Source: an uncultured bacterium (lineage in GTDB: Bacteria > Oederibacteriota > PGYV01 > CAWJRG01). From it: 64,000 bases of DNA. Positions 1 to 10,361 of this stretch are shown one piece after another. The stretch covers positions 288,001-352,000 of the forward strand of contig CAWJRG010000010.1 of NCBI GenBank assembly GCA_963845185.1. The letters run 5' to 3'. Under the pieces are notes generated by a model. That model saw only the letters and a program-made list of their open reading frames with translations, was not told the DNA's origin and searched no databases. Made by a program: the position numbers and the translations under genes. Each line of letters starts with the position of its first letter. The stretch's first letter is position 1.

Positions 1-44
1 CCCTGAACCGATAATTGCTATATCGTAATCTACTTCAGGTTGTT

Positions 45-1013
45 TCATTTAAACACGTCCTTTATGTATATTAAATCATCCTGCGTCAGGGGCTTATCCG
101 CGGCAGTTAAGTTTGTTTCCACCTGTTTTTTGTTCCTGAAGCCCGGTATTACGCATCCCACGGTATCATAACTTAAAACATACTGCAGGGCAACCCTTGA
201 CAAATCCTTTATTTCGCTTCCGAACCTTTTTTTCAGCTTCTCGACTTTTGGTTCTAGCTTTGATATTTCTTCGGTTGTAAAGCGCTGGTCTCCTTTTCTG
301 TGGTCTCCCTCTTCGAATTTCGGCGGATTTTTTGACGTATATTTCCCGAGAAGCAGCCCCTGCGCAAGAGGGCTGAAGGCAACAAACGACATTTTCCTTT
401 CTTTTAAAAGCTTATTTACCGGCGTGTTTTCCCTGACAAACTGGTCGTCTGTGATATTTGCCCAGCTTTGCAGCACATCAGGCTTTATGGATGGTGAAAG
501 CTTTAAGAAATCGTTGCTTGAATAGGATGAAAGCCCGATAAAACGTATTTTGCCCTGCTGTTTCAGCTTGTACATTGCCTCAACCGCGCCGTTTAAATAT
601 TCGTCTTTTTCACCGAAATTTCCGTGGTGAAAATAATAAAGGTCGATAAAATCCCGTTTTAAATTTACAAGCGACTGCTCGCACTGGTGAATTATATGCT
701 GCGGCTCATAGGCATTCAATGCCGTCCCGGGAAACCAGCCGACTTTTGTTGCTATTATGACTTTTTTATTTTTGTCGCCCAATGCCTTTGCGAGCATGCG
801 CTCTGCCCTGCCGTTGCCGTAAACATCAGCGTTGTCAAAGTGATTAACGCCTTTTTCAATGCCGTAATTTATGGCGTCAATGGCGTCTTTTTCATCCACG
901 TTTGCCCAGCCATTCGGCTCGCCGTTTACCCAGTTCAGCCCGCCAAGCGTCCAGCATCCAAGCGAAATCTCCGAGACTTCCAGATCCGTTGTTCCAAGTT
1001 TCCTGTATTTCAT
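45..1013 (-). CDS. Aldo/keto reductase (AKR11/IolS-like)
   Basis: YRKLGTTDLEVSEISLG N-terminus, DNADVYG, IATKVG, IDLYYFH, FSPLAQGLL and IPG motifs. Confidence 0.92.
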   Translation of the reverse strand: MKYRKLGTTDLEVSEISLGCWTLGGLNWVNGEPNGWANVDEKDAIDAINYGIEKGVNHFDNADVYGNGRAERMLAKALGDKNKKVIIATKVGWFPGTALNAYEPQHIIHQCEQSLVNLKRDFIDLYYFHHGNFGEKDEYLNGAVEAMYKLKQQGKIRFIGLSSYSSNDFLKLSPSIKPDVLQSWANITDDQFVRENTPVNKLLKERKMSFVAFSPLAQGLLLGKYTSKNPPKFEEGDHRKGDQRFTTEEISKLEPKVEKLKKRFGSEIKDLSRVALQYVLSYDTVGCVIPGFRNKKQVETNLTAADKPLTQDDLIYIKDVFK

Positions 1014-1112
1014 ATATCCTGCCTCCTAATTATATCGTTTATTTTCCAGCTCTGAGTTTGTAAAGGACAAATGCTGCTTGGATAATGTTTTCCTTGAAAC
1101 ATTATAACATTA

Positions 1113-1193
1113 AAACCCCTATTATCCCCCTTTATTAAAGGGGGATGCAATGCACTTCCCTCCCCCTTAACAAGGGGGAGTTGGAGAGGGTTT
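1113..1193. repeat. Paired CCCCCTT/AAGGGGG palindromic intergenic repeat
   Basis: Hairpins TCCCCCTTTA-TTAAAGGGGGA (1125-1145) and CTCCCCCTT-AAC-AAGGGGGAG (1160-1180) enclosed by AAACCC...GGGTTT, downstream of typA. Confidence 0.7.
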
Positions 1194-1218
1194 GCCCTTG
1201 CTTCCTGCTTACCATAGT

Positions 1219-3051
1219 CTAATTCTCTTCTTCTTCCTCTTTTGCTTTTGCGTTATGGGCGCGCTTGCGAACTGTCGGGTCCAGTATTTTTTTGCGCATC
1301 CTTATATTTTGCGGCGTTATCTCTAGCAGTTCGTCGTCGGCTATATATTCCATTGCCTGCTCCAGGCTGAATTTCCTGGGCGGCTCGAGATTTATGGCCT
1401 CATCCGAACCGGACGCCCGCATGTTTGTAAGCTTCTTTTCCCTGCACACGTTTATTATCATATCCTTGTCCCTGCTGTTCTCTCCTGCTATCATGCCAGG
1501 ATACACTTCGTCCCCGGGCTTTATGAAAAAAGCTCCTCTGTCTTGCAGTTTATCTAGCGCGTAAGCAACAGTTATGCCTTTTTCCATCACAATCAGCACC
1601 CCGCGGTTCCTTGTAGGCACCTCGCCTTTATATGGCCCGTATTCGTGAAAACTGTGGTTAAGTATGCCTGTGCCGCGTGTTTCAGTGATGAATTCATTGC
1701 GGAATCCGAGCAGCCCCCGTGTCGGCACATAAAATTCAAGCCTTGTGTAGCCGTCGCTCCCCGGCACCATATTTATCATCTCGCCTTTTCTTATTCCCAT
1801 TTTTTCTATCACAGTGCCCACATGCTCGGCAGGCACGTCCATAATTGCGTGTTCTATTGGCTCCATTTTTTCATTGTTTATTTCCTTGTAAATTACCTGC
1901 GGCTTTGATACCTGTAGCTCGTATCCTTCGCGCCTCATATTTTCTATGAGTATGGCAAGTTGCAGTTCGCCCCTGCCCTTGACAGTAAATGCCTCGGTCG
2001 AGTCTGTTTTTTCAACAACTATGCTCACGTTTGTCTGGAGTTCTTTTTGCAGCCTTTCCCCCAGATGCCGTGATGTTACAAACTTTCCCTCTCGTCCCGC
2101 AAAAGGCGAATTATTCACCATAAAAGTCATTGACATGGTCGGCTTGTCAATGTCAATAGTTGGAAGCGCCTCAGGGAATTCTTTGCTCGCCACAGTATCT
2201 CCCACGTCAATTATTTCCAGCCCTGCCAGCGATACAATATCGCCTGCAAAAGCTTCTTTTACTTCAACTTTCGCGAGCCCCTCAAAAGCCATTATCTTTG
2301 TTACGCGGTAAAGGATTTTCTGGCCGTCAGCCTTTATCAAATACACTTCCTCGCCTTGAGATACTTTCCCGTTGTATATTTTGCCTGTGCCCATTTTCCC
2401 GACATAGTTGTCGTAACCAATTGCTGATGTCAGGAACTGAAACGGCTTGTTGGGGTCGCCTGTTGTATCCTCGACGTGGCGTATTATCATGTCAAAAAGC
2501 GGCTTCATGCTGTCGCTTTTGTCTTTCATGTGGTCCTTTGCTATACCGTCTTTCGCGGACGCGTAAATCACCGGAAAATCCAGCTGGTCATCCGCAGCGT
2601 TCAGTTCCACAAAAAGGTCAAATATCATATTGAGTACTTCAGTGGACCTTTCATTTGGCCTGTCTATTTTATTTATAACAACTATGGGCATAAGCCCTGC
2701 TTCCAGGGATTTTTTCAGAACATATTTTGTCTGCGGCATGGGCCCCTCGAAAGCGTCAACCACCAGCAGCACCGAGTCCACCATTTTAAGTATCCTCTGC
2801 ACTTCCCCACCAAAATCCGCGTGTCCGGGCGTATCGACTATGTTTATTTTATATCCCCCGTAATGAAAAGCCGCGTTTTTTGAGAATATGGTTATCCCGC
2901 GCTCTTTTTCGATATCGTTCGAATCCATTACGCGCTCCACAAGTGTCTGATATTCTTTAAACACTCCCGCCTGCCTTAACATGCAGTCGACAAGCGTGGT
3001 TTTGCCGTGGTCAACATGCGCCACTATGGCTATATTCTTGATTTTGCTCAT
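1219..3051 (-). CDS. typA: Translational GTPase TypA/BipA
   Basis: NIAIVAHVDHGKTT, DTPGHADFGGEV, GRGELQL, LTNMRASGSD; likely start is ATG at 3051. Confidence 0.97.
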   Translation of the reverse strand: MSKIKNIAIVAHVDHGKTTLVDCMLRQAGVFKEYQTLVERVMDSNDIEKERGITIFSKNAAFHYGGYKINIVDTPGHADFGGEVQRILKMVDSVLLVVDAFEGPMPQTKYVLKKSLEAGLMPIVVINKIDRPNERSTEVLNMIFDLFVELNAADDQLDFPVIYASAKDGIAKDHMKDKSDSMKPLFDMIIRHVEDTTGDPNKPFQFLTSAIGYDNYVGKMGTGKIYNGKVSQGEEVYLIKADGQKILYRVTKIMAFEGLAKVEVKEAFAGDIVSLAGLEIIDVGDTVASKEFPEALPTIDIDKPTMSMTFMVNNSPFAGREGKFVTSRHLGERLQKELQTNVSIVVEKTDSTEAFTVKGRGELQLAILIENMRREGYELQVSKPQVIYKEINNEKMEPIEHAIMDVPAEHVGTVIEKMGIRKGEMINMVPGSDGYTRLEFYVPTRGLLGFRNEFITETRGTGILNHSFHEYGPYKGEVPTRNRGVLIVMEKGITVAYALDKLQDRGAFFIKPGDEVYPGMIAGENSRDKDMIINVCREKKLTNMRASGSDEAINLEPPRKFSLEQAMEYIADDELLEITPQNIRMRKKILDPTVRKRAHNAKAKEEEEEN

Positions 3052-3136
3052 AAAATAGAATAATCTCACTTTCAATTAGAATTTTAAGCCGGATTTCCTT
3101 TTGAGTTTTGCAGGAAAACGCTGAAATGCCTACGAA

Positions 3137-3231
3137 GGAGCCTCCTCTTAATATGTAATAATATGCTCCCTCCCCGAAGCGCTATCATACCCCGACTCTA
3201 CCAAGCGGGGTTTTTCGCGTAGCGGGATTAA
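3137..3231 (+). repeat. Modular hairpin repeat, copy A (GGAGC..GCTCCC plus CCCCG hairpin, ends GGGATTAA)
   Basis: Near-identical to 43685-43752 and 43858-43953. Confidence 0.85.
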
Positions 3232-3240
3232 TATATAAAG

Positions 3241-3269
3241 AGTATAGCAGTTAGAACTGTCTAAATCAA
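3241..3269 (-). promoter_or_regulatory. Sigma70-type promoter for typA
   Basis: TTGATT-17 nt-TATACT on the minus strand. Confidence 0.6.
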
Positions 3270-3307
3270 GCAATTTGCTTATTTGGTTCAGGACTTTATT
3301 AAAAATA

Positions 3308-3880
3308 TTATGCTGTCTTTTTGATTATCCACGCCATGTTTTTACCCAAGTTTCTGAAGTTCCTTATGCCTTCCTCGTCGTTCATTATATCGCCTGGGTT
3401 GCGGGAAAGAGTCATGTTCCAGTAAGTTGAGCCGGGTATTACCATCTGCATTATTCCAAAGAAAAAGTTTATGGCGGCGTATGTAAAATTCGAACCTGCG
3501 CGCCGCACGCTTACTACAGCAGCGCCGGTCTTGCGTATAAACATACCGTCATTTGCCATGGAAACATAACCGCAGCGCTCTATGAGCGCCTTGATATTGG
3601 CAGTGACATTGCCGAAATAAACAGGCGAGCCGATTATGACGCCGTCTGCCTCTGCCATCTTGGCTATGAGCCCGTTCATGCCGTCGTCGGCAGCGCCGCA
3701 TTTTTTGTCCTTGTTCTGCCTGCATTTCAGGCAGGCAATGCAGCCGGAAAGTTTTTTTGTCCCGATATTAATAAGCTCGGTCTGTATGCCTTCCTTTTCA
3801 AGCTCCTCAAAAACAAACTTTATTGCCTGCTGCGTGTTGCCGTTTGCCCGCGGGCTGCCGTTAAAAGCAACTACTTTCAT
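3308..3880 (-). CDS. Flavodoxin-like iron-sulfur flavoprotein (NADPH-dependent FMN reductase family)
   Basis: NGSPRANGNT, CxxCxxCx7C, GSPVYF, RRAG. Confidence 0.9.
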   Translation of the reverse strand: MKVVAFNGSPRANGNTQQAIKFVFEELEKEGIQTELINIGTKKLSGCIACLKCRQNKDKKCGAADDGMNGLIAKMAEADGVIIGSPVYFGNVTANIKALIERCGYVSMANDGMFIRKTGAAVVSVRRAGSNFTYAAINFFFGIMQMVIPGSTYWNMTLSRNPGDIMNDEEGIRNFRNLGKNMAWIIKKTA

Positions 3881-3968
3881 AAAATACCTCCTATGATCTT
3901 CCGAATTATTTTTTTAAGCACCTTTTATAGATTTATACAATAACTTGAGATTTTTGACAATATGGAAG

Positions 3969-4517
3969 TTAGTTATTTATCGCAAACCAGTATTCGGCCA
4001 GTTGTCTCTCGATTTTTTCATAGTCCCTGAAATACTTCTTAATATCCCAAAAAAATTCCCTGTTATGCCTTCTGTGCCTGAAATGGTTCAGCTCGTGGCA
4101 GACAATATAGTCTATCAGCCTCTCCGGCAGCTTTGACAGCGCGCAGTTTATTGTGATATTGCCCCTGCTGCTCCAGCTTCCCCATTTCGACCGCATGTTC
4201 TTGAAAAAAACTCTTGACGCCTTAACGCCCATTCTTTGTTCGTTTTTTAGGATGGATTTTTTTACTATCCTCTTAAATTCATTCATCGTCCTGATTATTG
4301 GCACCAGTCCAGCCGCATTCTGCTTTATCGCCTGTATCTCGTTTATTTTCCTGTAAATCCAGTTTTTATGTTTCTGTATTATCCTCTTTTCGTCCATATG
4401 CCTTCTCGGCGCTATCAGGACAAGCCTGCCTGTTTTAAGCTCTATCCTTGCGTGCTTTACGTCCCTGCGTTCGACCCGGTACGTTACATCCAGGTCATTT
4501 ATCCGTATTTTTTCCAT
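3969..4517 (-). CDS. M48/YgjP (DUF45)-like zinc metallopeptidase associated with hsdR
   Basis: MRSKWGS, DYIVCHELNH (HExxH), HNREFF; overlaps the end of hsdR. Confidence 0.88.
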   Translation of the reverse strand: MEKIRINDLDVTYRVERRDVKHARIELKTGRLVLIAPRRHMDEKRIIQKHKNWIYRKINEIQAIKQNAAGLVPIIRTMNEFKRIVKKSILKNEQRMGVKASRVFFKNMRSKWGSWSSRGNITINCALSKLPERLIDYIVCHELNHFRHRRHNREFFWDIKKYFRDYEKIERQLAEYWFAINN

Positions 4518-7500
4518 AATCCTGCGCCCCTATAATATCGGAAACTATGCTGCCTGATATCCTGTCCAGCTCATCCGGGTTATATCCCTTTTTCCTGAAT
4601 ATTCTCCTGATGATTTGCGTGACTGCCTTGCCTATTTCGGGGTTGGATATGTACTCGAGCATGTACTCGCCCTCCTCCCTGATTTTTTCCTTCACCTGTT
4701 TCATGCATTCCACGGCGTCCCCATCGCTCAGTTTTTCCTTTTTCAGCCGCAGGAACATGACATACTCTATATTGTCCAGCCCCAGCTCTTTTTGTTTGTT
4801 TTCCACTGCTTCTTTATCGTCGAATATGGCGTTCCCGGCTTTTATTATTTCCATGTAGGTTTTCACATTGCTCTGCCATTCCTGTATGAGCCGCATTACC
4901 CTGTCGGCCAGCTCCTCATAAATAGGGTTCTTTGCCTTGTCTACCAGTACATACTTTCGCAGGGCAAATATTATGCTCGCCGCCTTTTCTTCTGTCGGGT
5001 CCGCTTTCGCGAGCAGTTGCCTCATCCTTGCCTCGTCATACCGTATGCCCGGAAGCTCTTTTAAGCCTTTTATCTCCGTGCCCTTGTAAATATTTTCCAG
5101 CGTCCTCTTGAAATACTTGCGTATATAATAATCTTTTTCCGGCTCGTCGAAGTTTTTCTTGTAGTAATAATAAAACGCGGTCAGCCATTTATATTCCTTT
5201 AAGAATTTTATCTTGACTTCAGAGCTTCCGAGCAGCTCGTACAGCCGCCTTGCCTGCCTGTATTTCTCGTCGAATTCAGCCTGCCGCCTGTCTTCGGAAC
5301 TTATGAATTTCAGGATAGAAGTCAAGTGCTGGACATCATAATTCTCAAAATCAACTTTTCCTCTCTCCAGCAGCTTTTTTAATCCTTGTATTGTATCGGC
5401 AAACTTATCCGCCATTTTATCAAAGTCATACAATATGTTTTCCCTGTCTTTCTCCTCATACGCCTTAAAAGCCTTGTCTATGTCGTCGAGCACGCCCACA
5501 TAATCTATTACCAGCCCTGCTTCTTTTTCCTCATAGCGCCTGTTTGTGCGCGCTATCGCCTGTAAAAGCCTGTAATTTTTCAGGGCTTTGTGCAGGTATA
5601 CGGTCTGCAAAACAGGCGCGTCAAACCCTGTTATAAGCATTTCCGTTACTATCAAAATCTTCGGGCTTTTATCGGCGTTGTCCTTGAATTTGGGCGTTAT
5701 TTTCTTTTTGATTTCAGAAATATCTTTTTCATTATATTTTTCAGTTATCCTGCTGTACTGCGCGGCTATTTTTTGGTCTGCTTCCTTTTGACCCATTGAC
5801 ATGACTATTTCGGTTTCGTCTTCGTCAAAATACCTGTCCAGTTCTTCCTTGTACAGGCAGCATGCATGCCGGGACGCGGCTATCACGACTGCCTTGAATT
5901 TCCCGTCAAGGTTGGCTTTAAAATGCCCCGCGATATCTTTTGCTACTATCTTGATTATTTCAGGATTTTCAAGGACTACGTTTATTTTACTTAGGCGTTC
6001 CCTGACCCCTTTTTCCACGTCTTCTTTCATGGTCTCGTTTATTTCATCTATATCTTCCTGGTCGTAAAAGAACTTGATAAGGTCCCTGTCCACGTGCACT
6101 TCATCCGTCAATCTCGGCTGGTAGGCTATTTCAAGCGTGTACCCGTCCCTGACGGAATCTTCCATAAAATACCGGTCAAGGTAAAGTTTGTCGCCGTATT
6201 CAAATTCTTTATAAGTGTTCCTTTCCCTGTTTGCTATCGGCGTGCCTGTAAAAGCAAAAAGGTTTCCGCTTTTAAATATGCTTTTCATCTGCGCTGATAA
6301 AATCCCGTATTGCGACCTGTGCCCCTCGTCTATCAGGCAAATGACGTTTTTCCTGCCTGCTATGGTTGACTCGCTGCTGCCCGAGGCTTTTATTTCCTCT
6401 TCTATTGCCTTCATCTCGCTTTCAAAATCCCGTAGCTGGCCCGGATTAAACTTATGGATGAGCGTGACAAATACGCCCCTTTTGCCCCTGTATCCGTCGT
6501 GTTTCAGGATTTTCCGCAAATCCTCAATGGATGAAATCGGTTCAATGTCGGAGAACAAATCAAGATAACCGAACTCGTCGAATAACTGGGTCTCAAGCTC
6601 CTCCCTGTCCACAATAAAAAAAATGGACGGGTTTGCCGCTTCCCTCATCTGGAAAAGCTTATTCGCGGCAAATATCATGGTAAGCGTCTTTCCCGAACCC
6701 TGCCAGTGCCATATCAGGCCGCGGTCTTTTTCCTTTTTCCCGCTTATCCTGCCTGTCACCCTTTTTACAATCTTATCAGTTGCCCTGTACTGCATATAGC
6801 GGCATATTACTTTGGTTTTCCTGCCACGCTCTTCCCTGAAAAATAAATAATATTTTATAATATCGAGCAGCCTGGCAGGCTCAAGCATTTCAATTATGTC
6901 AAATAAATCTTTTGTATTCGTAGAGACAGGTTTCAAACCTGTCTCAGTTTTATCCTGTATTTCTTCAATGGATTTCCACTCGTACATCTGCGGCAATTCC
7001 CCGTTCCATGGGACTATCGGGAAATACTTTGACACGACATCAGCGCCGACTCCTATCTGGACATATTTGAATAATTCAGGTATTTTCTTTTCGTATGTTT
7101 TTATGTCTGTCACGGCGTCCAGCCAGCTCTTCCTCGCGCTTTCCGGACTTTTCAACTCTATGTTTACGAGCGGTATACCGTTGATATACAGCATTATGTC
7201 GCTCCGGATTTCCCTGTCTCCAGCCCTGTAAACCGGCTGGTTCGTGACAATATATTCATTGTTTTCAGTATTATTGAAATCAATGAAATTAAGGTCTTTT
7301 AATATTCTTTCTTTCTTATCCTCCACTCTTTGCCCGAATTTGATGTATTGCAGGGCATGTTTCATGCCTTGCTCGGTCGTAGGAAGCATTTTAAACTCAT
7401 GAATCTTGCGCGTGATTTCCTCAGGGCTGATGTTTGTGGATTTATTGATTCTTTCTATGGCGTTTTTAAGGCTGTTTTCCAGCAATACATCCCCAAGCGA

Positions 7501-7590
7501 GTTCCTCACCAGCCCCGCCCCGGGTATGTATTTCCATCCTGCTGCCTTTAACCGCTCTATAAACTGTTGTTCAAGACTTTGTTCTGTCAT
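4495..7590 (-). CDS. hsdR: Type I restriction endonuclease subunit R
   Basis: DIMLYINGIPLVNIELK nuclease motif, WHWQGSGKT, DEGHRSQ, FTGTP, TGFDAP, QAIARTNR. Confidence 0.96.
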   Translation of the reverse strand: MTEQSLEQQFIERLKAAGWKYIPGAGLVRNSLGDVLLENSLKNAIERINKSTNISPEEITRKIHEFKMLPTTEQGMKHALQYIKFGQRVEDKKERILKDLNFIDFNNTENNEYIVTNQPVYRAGDREIRSDIMLYINGIPLVNIELKSPESARKSWLDAVTDIKTYEKKIPELFKYVQIGVGADVVSKYFPIVPWNGELPQMYEWKSIEEIQDKTETGLKPVSTNTKDLFDIIEMLEPARLLDIIKYYLFFREERGRKTKVICRYMQYRATDKIVKRVTGRISGKKEKDRGLIWHWQGSGKTLTMIFAANKLFQMREAANPSIFFIVDREELETQLFDEFGYLDLFSDIEPISSIEDLRKILKHDGYRGKRGVFVTLIHKFNPGQLRDFESEMKAIEEEIKASGSSESTIAGRKNVICLIDEGHRSQYGILSAQMKSIFKSGNLFAFTGTPIANRERNTYKEFEYGDKLYLDRYFMEDSVRDGYTLEIAYQPRLTDEVHVDRDLIKFFYDQEDIDEINETMKEDVEKGVRERLSKINVVLENPEIIKIVAKDIAGHFKANLDGKFKAVVIAASRHACCLYKEELDRYFDEDETEIVMSMGQKEADQKIAAQYSRITEKYNEKDISEIKKKITPKFKDNADKSPKILIVTEMLITGFDAPVLQTVYLHKALKNYRLLQAIARTNRRYEEKEAGLVIDYVGVLDDIDKAFKAYEEKDRENILYDFDKMADKFADTIQGLKKLLERGKVDFENYDVQHLTSILKFISSEDRRQAEFDEKYRQARRLYELLGSSEVKIKFLKEYKWLTAFYYYYKKNFDEPEKDYYIRKYFKRTLENIYKGTEIKGLKELPGIRYDEARMRQLLAKADPTEEKAASIIFALRKYVLVDKAKNPIYEELADRVMRLIQEWQSNVKTYMEIIKAGNAIFDDKEAVENKQKELGLDNIEYVMFLRLKKEKLSDGDAVECMKQVKEKIREEGEYMLEYISNPEIGKAVTQIIRRIFRKKGYNPDELDRISGSIVSDIIGAQDYGKNTDK

Positions 7591-7633
7591 TTACCTACCT
7601 CTACGTAAAAAATATGAAGTAAAATTATATAAT

Positions 7634-9154
7634 TTAATCTCGAAAGAATACAGCTTCGCTATATCTCTTTGAGTTTTTTACAATTTCATTTGCTATTCTT
7701 TTTAATTCGATTTCTTTTTGAACATCATTTTTCCAAGCACGAGTAAAACGTAATTTCCATTTTTTTATTTTATTTAATGTTATTATCTGGGAATTTAAAT
7801 AACTAAATATATCTTTTGACTTTTTATTTTTCCAATCTAACAAACTTTTAATTTGAAATTCATTATCTAATTTTGATGAAATTTCATCTAATAAATCAAA
7901 ATGCAATTTTTTAGCGGATTTACAAAGTACTTTGGGAGGTAATTCTTGAATTATTTCCGCATAAGAAATACTTGTTTTCCATAAATTTTCTAAAGGTTGA
8001 TTGTTAATTCCCTCAATAAAAATAGCTTCTTTTGCGCCAAAGAAAAAATAAATTAATTGCCTGAAATTATAATAATCTTGGTCATTAGGGACATCCTTCA
8101 TATTAAATCTAAAAATGTCATCAGTTTTTATATTTATTACATATAATTCCGTCTTCGTTTTTCTATCATGATCCTTACTATTAATTATTTTTTTTCGTAA
8201 AATTTCAGAAAATTCGATAGCACTTAATCTATTATTCTTAGGTTTAACTAAATATAAAGCTATTGATTTCGTACCAATTTGCGGAATATTAGAAGCAAAT
8301 ATTCGATTTCCCAAAACAATTATAGGTAACTTTGGGAGGTAATTTTTTTCAATATCTTTTGGAATGTTTTTACCAATTATTAAAAATGCTCCTTTTACTT
8401 TATCAAAAGTACCAGCATCTCTAAAAATTTTCTTATCTATTTTTTCTTGAATTATTTCTCTTAAAACACTATTTAATTCTGCTTTTTTATTAATTTCTTT
8501 TTGAAAAAAATCATACATTTGTTTAGCATTTAACAAGCGAGCAATTTCAAATAGAATTTTTAATGTGTTTTTAAATCCTAATTCATTATTTAAATTTTCC
8601 AATTTATTTTTTTCATTTCTTAAATTATAAACATTAGCCATAACTCTTTCATTTCTTGTTGTTTTCTGAAAACTATATTTATTTAATCTTGTTATTATAA
8701 AATTTTTTAAATCTTTTAGCGTTGGTTCATTATTTAAATCATGCGGTTTTGCGTTTATATATATATTCAACAAGCATATAAATATAAGAGCGTTATTAAA
8801 TGGTTCATCTGCTTTAATAAGATTTTTCTCAAATATTTTTTCAATGCAATCTTCTAAACTAAGTGGATAGTCATCCGTTGCTTCAATCTTTTTAATATTA
8901 CCAATAAAGACCAATGCGTTATAAATCCTATCTATTATTTTAGTATTCCAGTCTTTATTGAATTTTTTTATCTTATATTCATCAATTACTTCTTTTAAAG
9001 CAAGCCACCCAAATGAAAATAAATTAATTATTAGTTTAATTATAAGGTTTTGATCTTTTAATGTGGTAAAAGTCAAAATTAACATTATTCCTATAATTAA
9101 TAAAAACAAAATCATATTTTTTTTATAAGTTAAAATAATTTTTTCAAATGTCAT
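7634..9154 (-). CDS. AT-rich hypothetical protein with two N-terminal hydrophobic helices, inside the hsd locus
   Basis: 506-codon ORF in very AT-rich DNA; its start overlaps the hsdS stop. Confidence 0.75.
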   Translation of the reverse strand: MTFEKIILTYKKNMILFLLIIGIMLILTFTTLKDQNLIIKLIINLFSFGWLALKEVIDEYKIKKFNKDWNTKIIDRIYNALVFIGNIKKIEATDDYPLSLEDCIEKIFEKNLIKADEPFNNALIFICLLNIYINAKPHDLNNEPTLKDLKNFIITRLNKYSFQKTTRNERVMANVYNLRNEKNKLENLNNELGFKNTLKILFEIARLLNAKQMYDFFQKEINKKAELNSVLREIIQEKIDKKIFRDAGTFDKVKGAFLIIGKNIPKDIEKNYLPKLPIIVLGNRIFASNIPQIGTKSIALYLVKPKNNRLSAIEFSEILRKKIINSKDHDRKTKTELYVINIKTDDIFRFNMKDVPNDQDYYNFRQLIYFFFGAKEAIFIEGINNQPLENLWKTSISYAEIIQELPPKVLCKSAKKLHFDLLDEISSKLDNEFQIKSLLDWKNKKSKDIFSYLNSQIITLNKIKKWKLRFTRAWKNDVQKEIELKRIANEIVKNSKRYSEAVFFRD

Positions 9155-10361
9155 TTTTAATACCCCTTTTAATCCTTTGTTTTCCTGTCAAAAGTACATT
9201 TATAAGCCCTTTTTTCAGAAGTTCAAATTTTCCTTTTCTATTTTCTTCGATATTTAATTGTTTATCAATATTTGAAATAATAGAAGCAATTTCACGTTGT
9301 TCAATTATAGACAATTTAACAATCTTAAAATTAACAATGTCCCTTTGAAAAAGATGGGGAATACTACTGCCGGATATTTTTTCCTTTATTAAGCTTGTAA
9401 AATTATTTGATTGGAAATATTGGAATACAAATTCAGCATCATATAATTTTTCATCAGTTCTTATAAGCATCATTGTTCCATTTATAGTTGCCTTATCAGG
9501 CAATTCATCAATATAAGCCACTCTTCCAATTGTTCCATCTTTACTTATGATAATATCTTTTTCTTTTAAAATAATTTCATGCGATTCTTCATATCTTTCA
9601 ATTGAAATATGTTGGCATCTATTCCAGATTACTTTTCCGTTTTCAATATGATTACCTGCTATAAGATAGGGCCCCGATTTAGTATATTCTTTTGAAGATA
9701 ATGCTCTCCATCCAATTCTTGCTTTAATATATGAAAAATCTCCTAGCCTAACCACCTCCCACTCCTCTGGTATCTCCCCAAGTTCGGTTTTTTTAAACTT
9801 CTTATGCCCTATGCCTCTTGTCAGCAGTTTCTGCATCATGCCTTTTTTCAGCCGCTCGGTCTTCTGTATCTTCTCCTCCGCCATCGAGATGGCGTCGTCA
9901 ACAGTGGACAAGACTTTGGCGATTTTGTTTTGCTCAATGATAGGAGGCATAACAGTTTTTCTTCTATACACAATGTCTCTATTTAATCCCGGAATAGCAG
10001 AGGAAGTTTCCATTTTTGATAAATCAAGCTTGTTTAATAAATAATAAAAGTATTTTAAATCAATATCTTTTTGCTTAAATTTAATAAAATATGTTGTATC
10101 TATAGCCCAAAAATCAGTATTGCACAAATGAATTGACCCAATAGACCCCTTTCTACCTACTAATATACCCGGCCCCTTAGCATTGTAGGAATCGTGATTG
10201 CCAACAAGTCCATTTGAACCATATACCGGATATTTTCCTCCATCCCGTTCATTCCTTTTTAAGGCAGAACCATATTCAAGTGTACAAATATCCCCAATTG
10301 ATATAAGGTTCCACTCTTCCGGTATCTCGCCAAATTCTGTTTTTTTATAGCCGGATTTCAT
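9144..10361 (-). CDS. hsdS: Type I restriction-modification specificity subunit S
   Basis: Two KKTExGEIPEEW repeats, PPIIEQNKIA and EQREIA conserved regions, LKKG..LLT coiled coils. Confidence 0.95.
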   Translation of the reverse strand: MKSGYKKTEFGEIPEEWNLISIGDICTLEYGSALKRNERDGGKYPVYGSNGLVGNHDSYNAKGPGILVGRKGSIGSIHLCNTDFWAIDTTYFIKFKQKDIDLKYFYYLLNKLDLSKMETSSAIPGLNRDIVYRRKTVMPPIIEQNKIAKVLSTVDDAISMAEEKIQKTERLKKGMMQKLLTRGIGHKKFKKTELGEIPEEWEVVRLGDFSYIKARIGWRALSSKEYTKSGPYLIAGNHIENGKVIWNRCQHISIERYEESHEIILKEKDIIISKDGTIGRVAYIDELPDKATINGTMMLIRTDEKLYDAEFVFQYFQSNNFTSLIKEKISGSSIPHLFQRDIVNFKIVKLSIIEQREIASIISNIDKQLNIEENRKGKFELLKKGLINVLLTGKQRIKRGIKNDI

